From positions 314,189-378,188 of the forward strand of contig CAVTVK010000001.1 in the NCBI GenBank assembly GCA_963738135.1: DNA of 64,000 bases, in the 5' to 3' direction. Positions 8,651 to 17,393 of the stretch are shown here, piece after piece. Every line of letters begins with the position of its first letter. Position 1 is the first letter of the stretch. This stretch comes from an uncultured Acidimicrobiaceae bacterium (GTDB lineage: Bacteria; Actinomycetota; Acidimicrobiia; Acidimicrobiales; RAAP-2). The position numbers and the translations under genes are program-made. The notes beneath the pieces are model-generated. The model did not search any database. It was not told the DNA's origin and saw only the letters and a list, made by a program, of their open reading frames with translations.

Positions 8651-9003
8651 CGCTTTCCTCCAGTGGTTCGCTTCTCGGTTGCCAGAAGGTCGTCGATCCG
8701 GTCCACCCGCGCCCGCCACAGCTCCTCGAGGCCGTCTAGGAGCACCCGGGCCCTCTGGACGGTGTCGACGTCGGTGCGCACGAGCCGCTCGCGCCCATGC
8801 CGCTCCTTGCTGATGAGCCCGGCACCTTCCAGCACGGCGACGTGCTTCTGCACGGCGGCGAAGCTCATCGGGTAGCGCTTCGCCAGCGCCGACACGCTGT
8901 AGCTGCCCCCGACGGCGGTGGCAAGGATGTCGCGCCGAGTGCCGTCAGCAAGGGCGTGAAAGATGCGGTCTACGTCAGCGTCGGATGCCTGATCTACAAC
9001 CAT
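8647..9003 (-). CDS. ArsR/SmtB-family winged-helix transcriptional regulator
   Basis: ATG 9003, then ALADGTRRDILATAVGGSYSVSALAKRYPMSFAAVQKHVAVLEGAGLISKERHGRE. The ArsR-AHSA1 gene pair is common. Confidence 0.85.
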   Translation of the reverse strand: MVVDQASDADVDRIFHALADGTRRDILATAVGGSYSVSALAKRYPMSFAAVQKHVAVLEGAGLISKERHGRERLVRTDVDTVQRARVLLDGLEELWRARVDRIDDLLATEKRTTGGKR

Positions 9004-9370
9004 CTGGTTGCATATTAGCGAAGAACGATGACGCGCACAAGATCTCGGTACGGATCGTGAAGGGCGCAGAAGGTTGACCGCGAGCACGCTCGCTGCGGGC
9101 CGCGGCCGCCGAGCGGCGGCGCCCAGGTCTCGACCACACGTTGGTCCCGGGTCGCCCCAGGCCGGCTGATGGCGACATCGCAGCCGCTGCCGATGTAGAG
9201 ATGATCGGCAGTCGGCCGCGAGCGCAACGGTTCAAGCGCGACAGATCGACGGTTCGGGTGGCACCGCGAACGGCATCGGCTATCCCAGAATTCGCGCCCA
9301 TATTGTGTGGGCATTGCCCCTGATGTGCCGAACCGTCCCACTCATACCGCGTACTGGGACATGCCGATGG

Positions 9371-9405
9371 TCCGACGGTCCGACGGTCCGACGGTCCGAC
9401 GGTCC
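9371..9405. repeat. 8-bp microsatellite (tccgacgg) x4.4
   Basis: Direct reading: tccgacgg tccgacgg tccgacgg tccgacgg tcc, with a degenerate copy gccgatgg at 9363. It lies in the intergenic region between the SDR stop and the arsR promoter region. Confidence 0.9.
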
Positions 9406-9421
9406 CGAAAGGTGTCCGCGC

Positions 9422-10222
9422 TCAGATCGAGCGGATGGCACCTCCGTCGACTGGGATCATTGCTCCTGTGATGTACGACGCTGCGGGAGAGAGCAAGAAG
9501 GCGGCAACTCGGCCGAACTCCTCTGGTTCTCCGTATCTCCGCAACGGGATGTGCTCCGATTGCCTGACGCGAACCTCCTCGGGATCGCCGGCGAGGGCAT
9601 CGATCTCACGGACTCGGTCGGTGGCGATCCGGACTGGCAATAGTCCATTGATCCGAACTCCTGCAGGGCCATTCTCATCCGCCAACGTCTTCACGACACC
9701 CGCGAGCCCAGGGAATAGGCCATTTGAGATGGCGAGGTTCGGCAGCGGTACGCGTACCGACGAGCCCAACACGAAGACGAGAGACGCGCCCGTCCCTCCC
9801 GGGAGCCTGATTCCCTCGCTGCCTAGCTCGGCTGCGAGAACGCGCCCGAGGCGGATAGCCCCGAGGAACACGCTTTCGAAAGCAGCACGCCACGCATCGT
9901 CTGTTGTGCTTGCGACGCTCCCGATTGGGGTTCCCCCTACGCTTACGAGCGCCCCGTCTATGCGACCATAGGTCTCATTCGCGGCCGCGATGAGTCGACC
10001 TGGCGTGGCAGGATCCGCAGTGTCCGCGACGATCCAGGTGGGGGTGCTCGCTGCGATTCCGCTCTGTGCGAGGCGGTCTGCTGCTGCCAAAGCTGTGGCC
10101 TCATGAGGGGATGCGACGACGACTTTTGCTCCCTCTCCAATGAGTGCCTGGGCCGCGGCAAAACCAAGACCGCGGCTACCTCCGGTTACGAGGTAGACCC
10201 TGTCACGCAATCCGAGATCCAT
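9422..10222 (-). CDS. SDR-family oxidoreductase
   Basis: ATG 10222 gives MDLGLRDRVYLVTGGSRGLGFAAAQAL (TGxxxGxG). C-terminus ...YITGAMIPVDGG. Confidence 0.8.
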   Translation of the reverse strand: MDLGLRDRVYLVTGGSRGLGFAAAQALIGEGAKVVVASPHEATALAAADRLAQSGIAASTPTWIVADTADPATPGRLIAAANETYGRIDGALVSVGGTPIGSVASTTDDAWRAAFESVFLGAIRLGRVLAAELGSEGIRLPGGTGASLVFVLGSSVRVPLPNLAISNGLFPGLAGVVKTLADENGPAGVRINGLLPVRIATDRVREIDALAGDPEEVRVRQSEHIPLRRYGEPEEFGRVAAFLLSPAASYITGAMIPVDGGAIRSI

Positions 10223-10337
10223 GAGGGCATTTTGGCCCAACGCGTTCAAAGAGACGGGGGACTCGCTGCCAGCCACCGTCTCGGCTTTGCCGCAATAGCG
10301 GACACTGAGCGACGAACCAGGCGGAGCCTGGGTGTCG

Positions 10338-11420
10338 TCAGGCACTCGCGCTTGGTGACTGCGACTGCTCGCGTACCATCTCGATGCGCACCTCCGGGAG
10401 CAGCCGCCGCAATCGAGAGACGACCGAGCCGTGCACGATCTCTCCCAGCCGGGAACGGTGCCGGCCGACAACGAGTCTGGAAGCGCCGTGGTCCCTCACC
10501 GCTCGGGCGAGGCCCTCGGGCACCGACGCCGCGGTCATCTCGACGTAGAAGCCTCCGACCGCTGTCGCCGAGTCCCGGTGCTGGGCGTGGGCCTGCGATC
10601 GCCGGTGGGTCATCCCGTCGGCGAGGCTGACGTGGACTACCAGCAGGTCGGCGTCGTCCTCGATCGCTCGTTCGCTGGCGCGGCGAATCACGTGCTGCCC
10701 CCAGCCGGTATCCGACACGCCCGCCACCACGGTCGGGCGGGAAGGAGCGACGAGACCGCGCGCCTCGAGCATCTCCTCAGCCACCGCCTCCAGAGATCCG
10801 TCCATCCAGGCCCGCCCGAGGGCACTGAGCGCCTGGAGGTTGGACACCCTGAAGTAATCCGCCAGGGCGCCTCCGACCCGGTCGGCCGAGTACACCTTTC
10901 CGTCGGCAATGCGCCGACGGAGAGCATCGGCGGGCAGATCGACCAGCACGGTTTCCCCAGAGCGCACGAACTCGTCCGGAATCGTCTCCACTGTCCCGGC
11001 TCCGGTGAGTTGCGCCACGTAGTCCCGGGCCGACACCAGGTTGGCCAAGTTGGCGGTCGTCATGACGTCAACCCCGGCCGCCAGGATGTCCGCCACTTCC
11101 TGCCACCTGCGTCTGGTCGTGCCCACCACGGTGTGGGCCAATTCGTCGACAAGGGCGACGCCAGCGCCGCTGGCCACTACCGCCTCGACGTCGAGTTCGG
11201 CGAAGGTCCCGCTCTCGTAGGCGACCGAGCGAGGTGCCACTACTTCGAGGTCTCCTATCTGGGCCCGGGTTTCGGACCGGCCATGGCGTTCCACCCACCC
11301 CACGACGACCCGCTCTCCCGCATCAGAACGAGATCGGCCCGCCCGCAACATGGCGTAGGTCTTTCCGACGCCGGGAGCAGTGCCCAGGTACGTCGTCAGG
11401 GCGCCGGATCCTCCCACCAC
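10338..11420 (-). CDS. stand-alone KdpD N-terminal sensor domain plus universal-stress-protein domain (no histidine-kinase part)
   Basis: 360 aa: YLGTAPGVGKTYAML...VDELAHT...TTANLANL...GKVY...FRVSNLQALSALG matches the KdpD N-terminal domain. The C-terminal ~120 aa are USP-like. The ORF ends without TM, HisKA or HATPase regions. Confidence 0.8.
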   Translation of the reverse strand: MVGGSGALTTYLGTAPGVGKTYAMLRAGRSRSDAGERVVVGWVERHGRSETRAQIGDLEVVAPRSVAYESGTFAELDVEAVVASGAGVALVDELAHTVVGTTRRRWQEVADILAAGVDVMTTANLANLVSARDYVAQLTGAGTVETIPDEFVRSGETVLVDLPADALRRRIADGKVYSADRVGGALADYFRVSNLQALSALGRAWMDGSLEAVAEEMLEARGLVAPSRPTVVAGVSDTGWGQHVIRRASERAIEDDADLLVVHVSLADGMTHRRSQAHAQHRDSATAVGGFYVEMTAASVPEGLARAVRDHGASRLVVGRHRSRLGEIVHGSVVSRLRRLLPEVRIEMVREQSQSPSASA

Positions 11421-11482
11421 TGCAGCCTGCCACCTCGACGGATCCCTCGCCCCGATCCGGCAGCGAGGATTGAACTCGGCAG

Positions 11483-12664
11483 CTGAGCGGGTCCACCACT
11501 CCGGAGAGGGAACTGGTCATAGGAGCCTGCCGCACAGGCCCATCGCTGTCTTGTCCGTCGTCGCACTGGTGCGGTGCCACCCCAACCAAAAGCGAAGAAG
11601 GGATGACATGCACACTCTGGCACGAGCGGTCACCGGCGGCGTCGATACGCACCTCGACGTCCATGTAGCTGCGGCGTTAGACGACCGGAGGGCGCTCCTC
11701 GGTGTCGAGAGCTTCGAGACCACGACCGAGGGCTATAAGAAGCTGATGGCGTGGCTGAGCGACTTCGGTCCCGTCGAGCTCGTTGGCGTCGAGGGCACCG
11801 GGTCCTATGGGGCCGGCCTCACTCGCCATCTCCAGGCCGAGGGCATTGCCGTCGTCGAGGTGGACCGGCCCAATCGCCAGCGCCGGCGGCGCAAGGGCAA
11901 GTCAGATCCCGAAGACGCCATCTCGGCGGCCCGGACGGCGCAAAGTGGTGACGCCAACGGATCAGCCAAGACCAGGGACGGAAACGTCGAGGCCATGCGG
12001 GTAATTCGGGTGGCCAGGATCTCGGCCCGCAAGGGCCGGACCCAAGCGCTCAACCAGATGCGGAGCCTGATCTCGACCGCGCCCGATCCCATTCGCGAAG
12101 AGCTGCGCCACCTCAACGTGCACCATCTGCTCGAGCGGGCGGCGGCCTATAGGCCTGGCACCAAACGCGACGTGACCTCGCTCACCAAGCTGACCCTTCG
12201 AACCTTGGCCCGACGGGCCATCGCCCTCGAAGACGAGATCACTGAGATCCATGTCATCATGAAGAAGTTGGTCCACGAGAGCGCTCCCGAACTGGTTGCC
12301 ACTCCCGGCCTGGGAACCGAAACGGCATCCGCTCTGTTGATTGGCGCGGGAGATAACCCGGATCGGCTGCGCAACGAAGCGACCTTCGCCCACCTCTGCG
12401 GCACCTCGCCTCTGGAGGCCTCGAGTGGCAAGCAACAGCGCCACCGGCTCAACCGCGGCGGTGACCGCCAAGCCAACTCGGCCTTGTGGCACATCGTGAT
12501 CACCCGCATGGCCAATGACCCGCGCACGATCGCATACATGGAACGCAGGATCAGCGAAGGCCGGACCAAGAAGGAGGCGATGCGATGCCTCAAGCGTTAC
12601 GTCGCCCGTGAGGTGTACAGCCTCCTACCTCGTGAACAACTCGTCCTTGACAGCCCATAGGAGC
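11483..12664 (+). mobile_element. IS110-family insertion sequence, copy 2 (approximate limits)
   Basis: The 5' boundary is guessed from CTGAGCGGGTCCACC (11483..11497), which is shared with copy 1. The 3' boundary is guessed from CATAGGAGC (12656..12664), which also occurs in the 5' leader at 11518..11526. Not verified. Confidence 0.3.
11608..12660 (+). CDS. IS110-family transposase
   Basis: ATG 11608 gives MHTLARAVTGGVDTHLDVHVAAALD...GVEGTGSYG...HLCGTSPLEASSGK...GGDRQANSALWHIVITRM. Roughly 55-60 % identical to copy 1 by eye. Confidence 0.9.
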   Translation: MHTLARAVTGGVDTHLDVHVAAALDDRRALLGVESFETTTEGYKKLMAWLSDFGPVELVGVEGTGSYGAGLTRHLQAEGIAVVEVDRPNRQRRRRKGKSDPEDAISAARTAQSGDANGSAKTRDGNVEAMRVIRVARISARKGRTQALNQMRSLISTAPDPIREELRHLNVHHLLERAAAYRPGTKRDVTSLTKLTLRTLARRAIALEDEITEIHVIMKKLVHESAPELVATPGLGTETASALLIGAGDNPDRLRNEATFAHLCGTSPLEASSGKQQRHRLNRGGDRQANSALWHIVITRMANDPRTIAYMERRISEGRTKKEAMRCLKRYVAREVYSLLPREQLVLDSP

Positions 12665-12687
12665 ATCGTTATGGGACAGTCTCCTGG

Positions 12688-13089
12688 CTAGAGAAAGGAT
12701 CGGATCGACCCAGGGTCGTCCCGGAACGGGTTTGGAAAGCAGGGATCGTCCATCTCAAGGAGTTCGCGCAAGTTGTGCTCCCAATGTGCTCGACCACACA
12801 GAACAGGACCCAGGTAGAACGGGGCACCGATCGTGCTGTCGTTGGTGACCAGTATGAGCTGGTCGGGATTGGTCCCTGCGCTCGGGCTGGCCGCCAATGC
12901 GATTCCGTGTGTCGCCGCCGAAGCTGTGTATTCGCTTCGCTCGGCATCGTTCAATCTCTTCCAGTCATCGGGGGAGATCACGAACTGGGAGATACTCACA
13001 CAAGGAGCATTGCCGGTTGGGTGAGGATTCGCTACTGGTACTCCCCGTCCCGGCGAACGGGGGCACCCCTCGAGGCACTCCCGGCGCAC
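12688..13089 (-). CDS. hypothetical protein (possibly truncated)
   Basis: Only the C-terminal ~100 aa look protein-like (SISQFVISPDDWKRLNDAERSEY...HWEHNLRELLEMDDPCFPNPF). Lower-GC region with no recognisable family. Confidence 0.3.
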   Translation of the reverse strand: MRRECLEGCPRSPGRGVPVANPHPTGNAPCVSISQFVISPDDWKRLNDAERSEYTASAATHGIALAASPSAGTNPDQLILVTNDSTIGAPFYLGPVLCGRAHWEHNLRELLEMDDPCFPNPFRDDPGSIRSFL

Positions 13090-13450
13090 CTGACAATCCT
13101 TCGCACAGCGCCGGTATCAACCCGGAGCCCGGCCTTCTCGCCCCGCACGAACGCACCGTGCACCAATGCCACGTCAAGCCGCTAGCTGGTGCCATTCCGG
13201 TCGGCCCCGGAGAATCCTCGAGCGCTAGCGGCGCCTGAGGCGTCTCCGGGGTTATAAGCCATAGGACGAGGGTCTTGTTCAGCGGCTGTAAGGGTCGGAC
13301 TGAGCTGCAACGGGCAGGTGGCCGGGCGACCGGCGACGGGTGGTCGCCCGTGACACCCCCCCTTTCGGTCGGCAGGTTCACTTCGGTCCCCAGGTCCTAG
13401 CGCCGCAGAGTACCGCCATCTAGGGTTCGATTGAGAGATTGGGGGTCGGG

Positions 13451-14981
13451 ATGCGAACCTGGATTAAGGCACTCGTCGTAATGGTCTTCACGATCGGCGG
13501 GGTAGTCGTGAGCGCACCGTCAGCAGCTCCTGCAAACGCTAAGAGTGGAATCGGAAAGATCAACCACATCGTTGTACTCATGCAGGAGAATCGCTCGGCC
13601 GACACGTACTTTGGGCAACTCCACAGCGAGGGCCAGCCCGCTGTACAAAGCCGAGCCCACCACGGGCAATCCCAATCCGCTTGTCTCCGGGGCAACCATC
13701 GTGCCCTTCCACAAGACGAGTCTGTGCGAGACGTCGGACCTCAACCACTCCTGGAACGGCACACACCAGGAATGGAACAACGGGGCGATGAACGGCTTCA
13801 CCGCCGCGAACGACATCTCCTCGGCTAACGCCGACGCTACCGACCCCACGGGTTCTCGAACCATGGGGTACTACGACCAGACCGACCTGCCCTTCTACTA
13901 CTCCTTGTACAACACCTTCGCGACAGATGATCGCTATTTCGCGTCCGTGCTGAGCCAGACCTACCCCAATCGTTTCTATGCGCTCGCCGGGACATCCTTC
14001 GGCCACATCCGAAACGACGCCCCACCGCCTGGGGGATGGCCCCAGAAGACCATCTTCGACCTGCTCGGAGCGGCCAACATCAGCTGGAAGATCTACTACG
14101 CGCAGTTCCCGTTCGGCTCGTTCTTCAGCTACGTGCAGCAGCACATGGACCACGTGGCGCCCATCTCGCAGTACTACGCGGATGCAGCGGCTGGCAGGCT
14201 CCCATCCGTGTCCTTCGTCGACCCGATCTTCATCGGAGCCCCGAACACAGAAAGCGACGAACATCCCTCGAGCAACGTCCAGGTGGGCCAGAACTTCAGC
14301 TACAGCGTGTACCAGGCCCTCAGGACCGGTCCGAACTGGCCAGATTCGGCCATGTTCCTGACCTACGACGAGCACGGCGGCTTCTACGACCACGTCGCCC
14401 CGCCGCCCGCCGTTGCGCCCGACGCCATCGCGCCCATGCTCCAGCCCGGAGATACCCCAGGCGGCTTCAACCAGTACGGCATCCGAGTGCCTGTCGTGGT
14501 GATCTCACCGTATGCAAAACCCCACTACGTCTCGCACGTCGTGGACGACCACACTTCGATCCTGCGCTTCATCGAGACGCGTTACGGGCTGCCTTCGCTG
14601 ACGGCCCGAGACGCTGCCGCAGATCCAATGCTCCACCTTTTCGACTTCAGCACTCCCGCGTTGCTCAACCCACCCAGCTTCGCAGCCCCGCCCGTCACGC
14701 CGTGCACAGCGCCCACGATCAGCCTCCAGCCAATCAGCCAGACGGTCGCCGCGGGCCAGAACTTCACCTTCACCGCTGCTGCGAGCACCGAGACCGCACC
14801 GTCCGTGCAATGGCAGCTCTCGGTCAACCATGGCTCGACGTGGTTCGATGTGGCGGGGTTGACGTCATCCAGCATAAGCGGAACGGCCATCCCGTTCGTG
14901 AACGGCTGGCAGTTCCGGGCCAGGTTCACCAACCCAATCGGCTCGGCCACGACCAACGCGGCAAGCCTCACTGTGACGTAA
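13451..14981 (+). pseudogene. secreted phosphoesterase-family enzyme (phospholipase C / acid phosphatase type) with C-terminal Ig-like domain, frame-broken
   Basis: ATG 13451 gives signal peptide MRTWIKALVVMVFTIGGVVVSAPSAAPANA and catalytic motif INHIVVLMQENRSADTYFG in one frame. After about 13637-13641 (cagcccgctg) the protein continues in the frame of ORF 13545..14981 (LYKAEPTTGNP...LTYDEHGGFYDHV...). Confidence 0.75.
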
Positions 14982-15835
14982 GCAACTCACACTGCCCAGT
15001 TGACGGACGACCTGATCTGCAATCTCGCAGGCCAGCGTGACGAAAGGGCGAGCTTAGGGTTACATAACGGTGAACAGATCGCGAATGTTTGGCAAACTGA
15101 CCCTCCTGACCTGCGTATATTGCGATGGCGCCCGGGACTCCTGAGCCTGAAACCGCGAGGCGCAGTTGGGCTTCTACTGCCCAGGGATATCTAGTGGCTG
15201 TTACTGAAACGGTTGACCACCTCCGGGAAATGTTCCAGACGGAACTAGAGGGGCCGTCCGAGACGGACGAAGCGGTTGCGTCACAGGTGGTATCTGCCTG
15301 CAGCAAACTCAGCGGGTGGCTCTGAAGCTCGCACGCACCGAGGGGCTTCGCAAAAGCAGGAGGTGAGCTAGGGGCGGCAGCCGGTGTCTACCGGAATGCC
15401 GCAGTCGCCTTCAGGAGCCTGGCTGACGCAGACGGAGATCAGCGACAGGCCCGGTCTACCGCATGTGCCACGTTGTTGGAACAAGGTGACCATCACGTCG
15501 ACATATTCGTCGCCGCCCTTGCGAAGAAGCTTGGTGACGCGACGCCGTAGGAAGGTTGAAAAGACAGTCACCGGGGCGGCCCCGAAATGTTCGGCGCCCT
15601 GTCCCCGTTGTGCCTGATTGAGACTTTGAGCAGACGCAACGGCTGATCCGTAGCGTTTAGAGGTCCTGACGGGCTGGCTCCCTTAAGTGCCTGCCGCCGG
15701 TCCAACCGGCTGGCTTTCTTACGAGATGCCACTCGTCTGGACCTTGACCGCGGAGTGGCTCAAAAGAGGAGTGTGTGCACCAGATCCAAATCAGGAGTGC
15801 CCTCGCGGTTGCCATCAACCCAAAGGAGGGTGCTC

Positions 15836-16873
15836 ATGTCGGTGATCATCGGGGTCGATCCCCACAAGGCGAGCCACACGGCCGTGGCCATTGGCGGTGA
15901 CGAACGCGAAGTGGCCAAGGTCACGGTGTGTGCGACGTGTCAGCAGACGCCCAAGTTGTTGGCCTGGGCCGAGCCCTTCGCCGAGCGCACCTGGGCCATC
16001 GAGTCCGCCGGTGGGCTCGGATACCTGTTGGCCCAACAACTCGTTGATGCCGGAGAAGTCGTCCTCGACGTCCCACCCACCTTGGCCTCGAGGGTCCGGG
16101 TGCTCAGCACGGGGCGATCGGAGAAGAACGACCCCAACGACGCGTTCTCGGTCGCCGTCGCCGCCTTGCGCTCGAATGGTCTTCGCACTCTCGAGCGGGC
16201 CGACCACACCGAGATCATGCGACTCCTCGCCAAGCGCAATCACGATCTGGGCCGGCTGCGGGCCAAGCTCATCTGCAGGCTCCACAACGCCCTGGCCGAG
16301 CTCTCACCCGGAGGAATTGCCAAGGAACTCTACGTTTCTGATGCCAATCGGCTTCTCGGCTCCTTCGAGCCGTCGACCCCCATCGAGCACATGCGCCACC
16401 AGCTCGCACTCGAGCTCGTCGATGACGTGGCTCGCCTCGACGAGCAGATCAAAGAGTCGCATCGTCGCATCCGCATCGCCGTGCGGGCGTCGAAGACCTC
16501 CCTCACCGACCTCTTCGGTGTAGGCCCGGTCCTCGCCTGCTCGGTGATCGGTTACAGCGGTGACGTCGGTCGCTTCGCCAACCGGGACAGCTACGCCGCC
16601 TACGCGGGCATCGCTCCGGTCGAGCACTCCTCGGGAGGTCGGGTATTCCACCGGCTCTCACTGCGGGGTCATCGTCGGCTCAACAACGCCATCCATATGG
16701 TGGCGATCTGCCAGATCCGCCAACCCCATTCGCAGGGTCGGGCCTACTTCGAGCGCAAAGTCGCAGAGGGCAAGACCAAGCGAGAGGCACTGCGCTCACT
16801 CAAGCGCCACGTGAGCAACGCCCTCTATCGCCAGTTGGTCATCGACTCCGAAAGGGGTCCGGGAGGACATTAG
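15836..16873 (+). CDS. IS110-family transposase, third distinct type
   Basis: ATG 15836 with RBS aaaggaggg. MSVIIGVDPHKASHTAVAIG...IESAGGLGY...YAGIAPVEHSSGGR...RLNNAIHMVAICQIR. Confidence 0.9.
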   Translation: MSVIIGVDPHKASHTAVAIGGDEREVAKVTVCATCQQTPKLLAWAEPFAERTWAIESAGGLGYLLAQQLVDAGEVVLDVPPTLASRVRVLSTGRSEKNDPNDAFSVAVAALRSNGLRTLERADHTEIMRLLAKRNHDLGRLRAKLICRLHNALAELSPGGIAKELYVSDANRLLGSFEPSTPIEHMRHQLALELVDDVARLDEQIKESHRRIRIAVRASKTSLTDLFGVGPVLACSVIGYSGDVGRFANRDSYAAYAGIAPVEHSSGGRVFHRLSLRGHRRLNNAIHMVAICQIRQPHSQGRAYFERKVAEGKTKREALRSLKRHVSNALYRQLVIDSERGPGGH

Positions 16874-17145
16874 GGAACGACTCGTAGCCTGCGTGGTCGG
16901 CTCTGCACCCTGAAGGCCGGCTCTTCGGCGAAGTCACTCCCGGACCACCGCAAAGCCTAGGCATCTGTCCCGTCTCGTGACGTGTCGATTCATCGCGCCT
17001 GAACGGAGGTGGAATTGAGGTCTTGACTCAAAGAGGATTCGTTAGGGGCAGGGCCCGGCTCGACTTCGTCGGCCAAGACCACGCCCCGGAGTTCTCCGTC
17101 TGAACTAGCTCCCCGGGCGGCGCCGGACTGGTGGGCCAGAGGCCT

Positions 17146-17246
17146 GGCGGTGGCGGTGGTGATTTGAATCGGGGCGGAGGTGGCGGAGATTTGAACCGAG
17201 GTGGCGGTGGCGGTGGTGATTTGAATCGGGGTGGCGGTGGCGGTGG
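17146..17246. repeat. about 27-31-bp tandem repeat x3.5: (GGN)n tract plus palindromic core GATTTGAA(T/C)C
   Basis: Units are ggcggtggcggtggtGATTTGAATCgggg, cggaggtggcggaGATTTGAACCgag and gtggcggtggcggtggtGATTTGAATCgggg, then a partial unit. A related gtttcgaacc lies at about 17260. Confidence 0.9.
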
Positions 17247-17393
17247 AAGAGCGAGCTGTGTTTCGAACCTCAGCGGGGGGCGGAGGGGGTGGGGCGTTTT
17301 GAAAAACCACTTATCTCCTATCCCGGGATTCCAATTCTCGGCGCCCTCGGCAGTGACTGGATTCAGGACATCGAAGACCGCCTGAGCCCGGCA

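Noticed and set aside
9363-9405. Short tandem repeats (here and at 17146, 44825, 48806, 57183) considered as CRISPR arrays
   Set aside because: The units are 6-31 bp and directly adjacent, with no unique spacers. No cas genes are in the window.
13324-13349. Strong 8-bp-stem hairpin (gggcgacc-N10-ggtcgccc) about 100 nt upstream of the phosphoesterase gene, considered as a riboswitch or attenuator
   Set aside because: I could not match the surrounding 200 nt to any riboswitch consensus I know (no B12 box, no SAM/TPP/c-di-AMP-like elements). A single hairpin is insufficient evidence.
17146-17275. GATTCAAATC / GGTTCGAAAC motifs (minus strand) considered as tRNA T-arm fragments or serial att sites
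   Set aside because: No complementary T-stem, acceptor stem or anticodon arm can be drawn around them. The flanks are (GGN)n low-complexity tracts.
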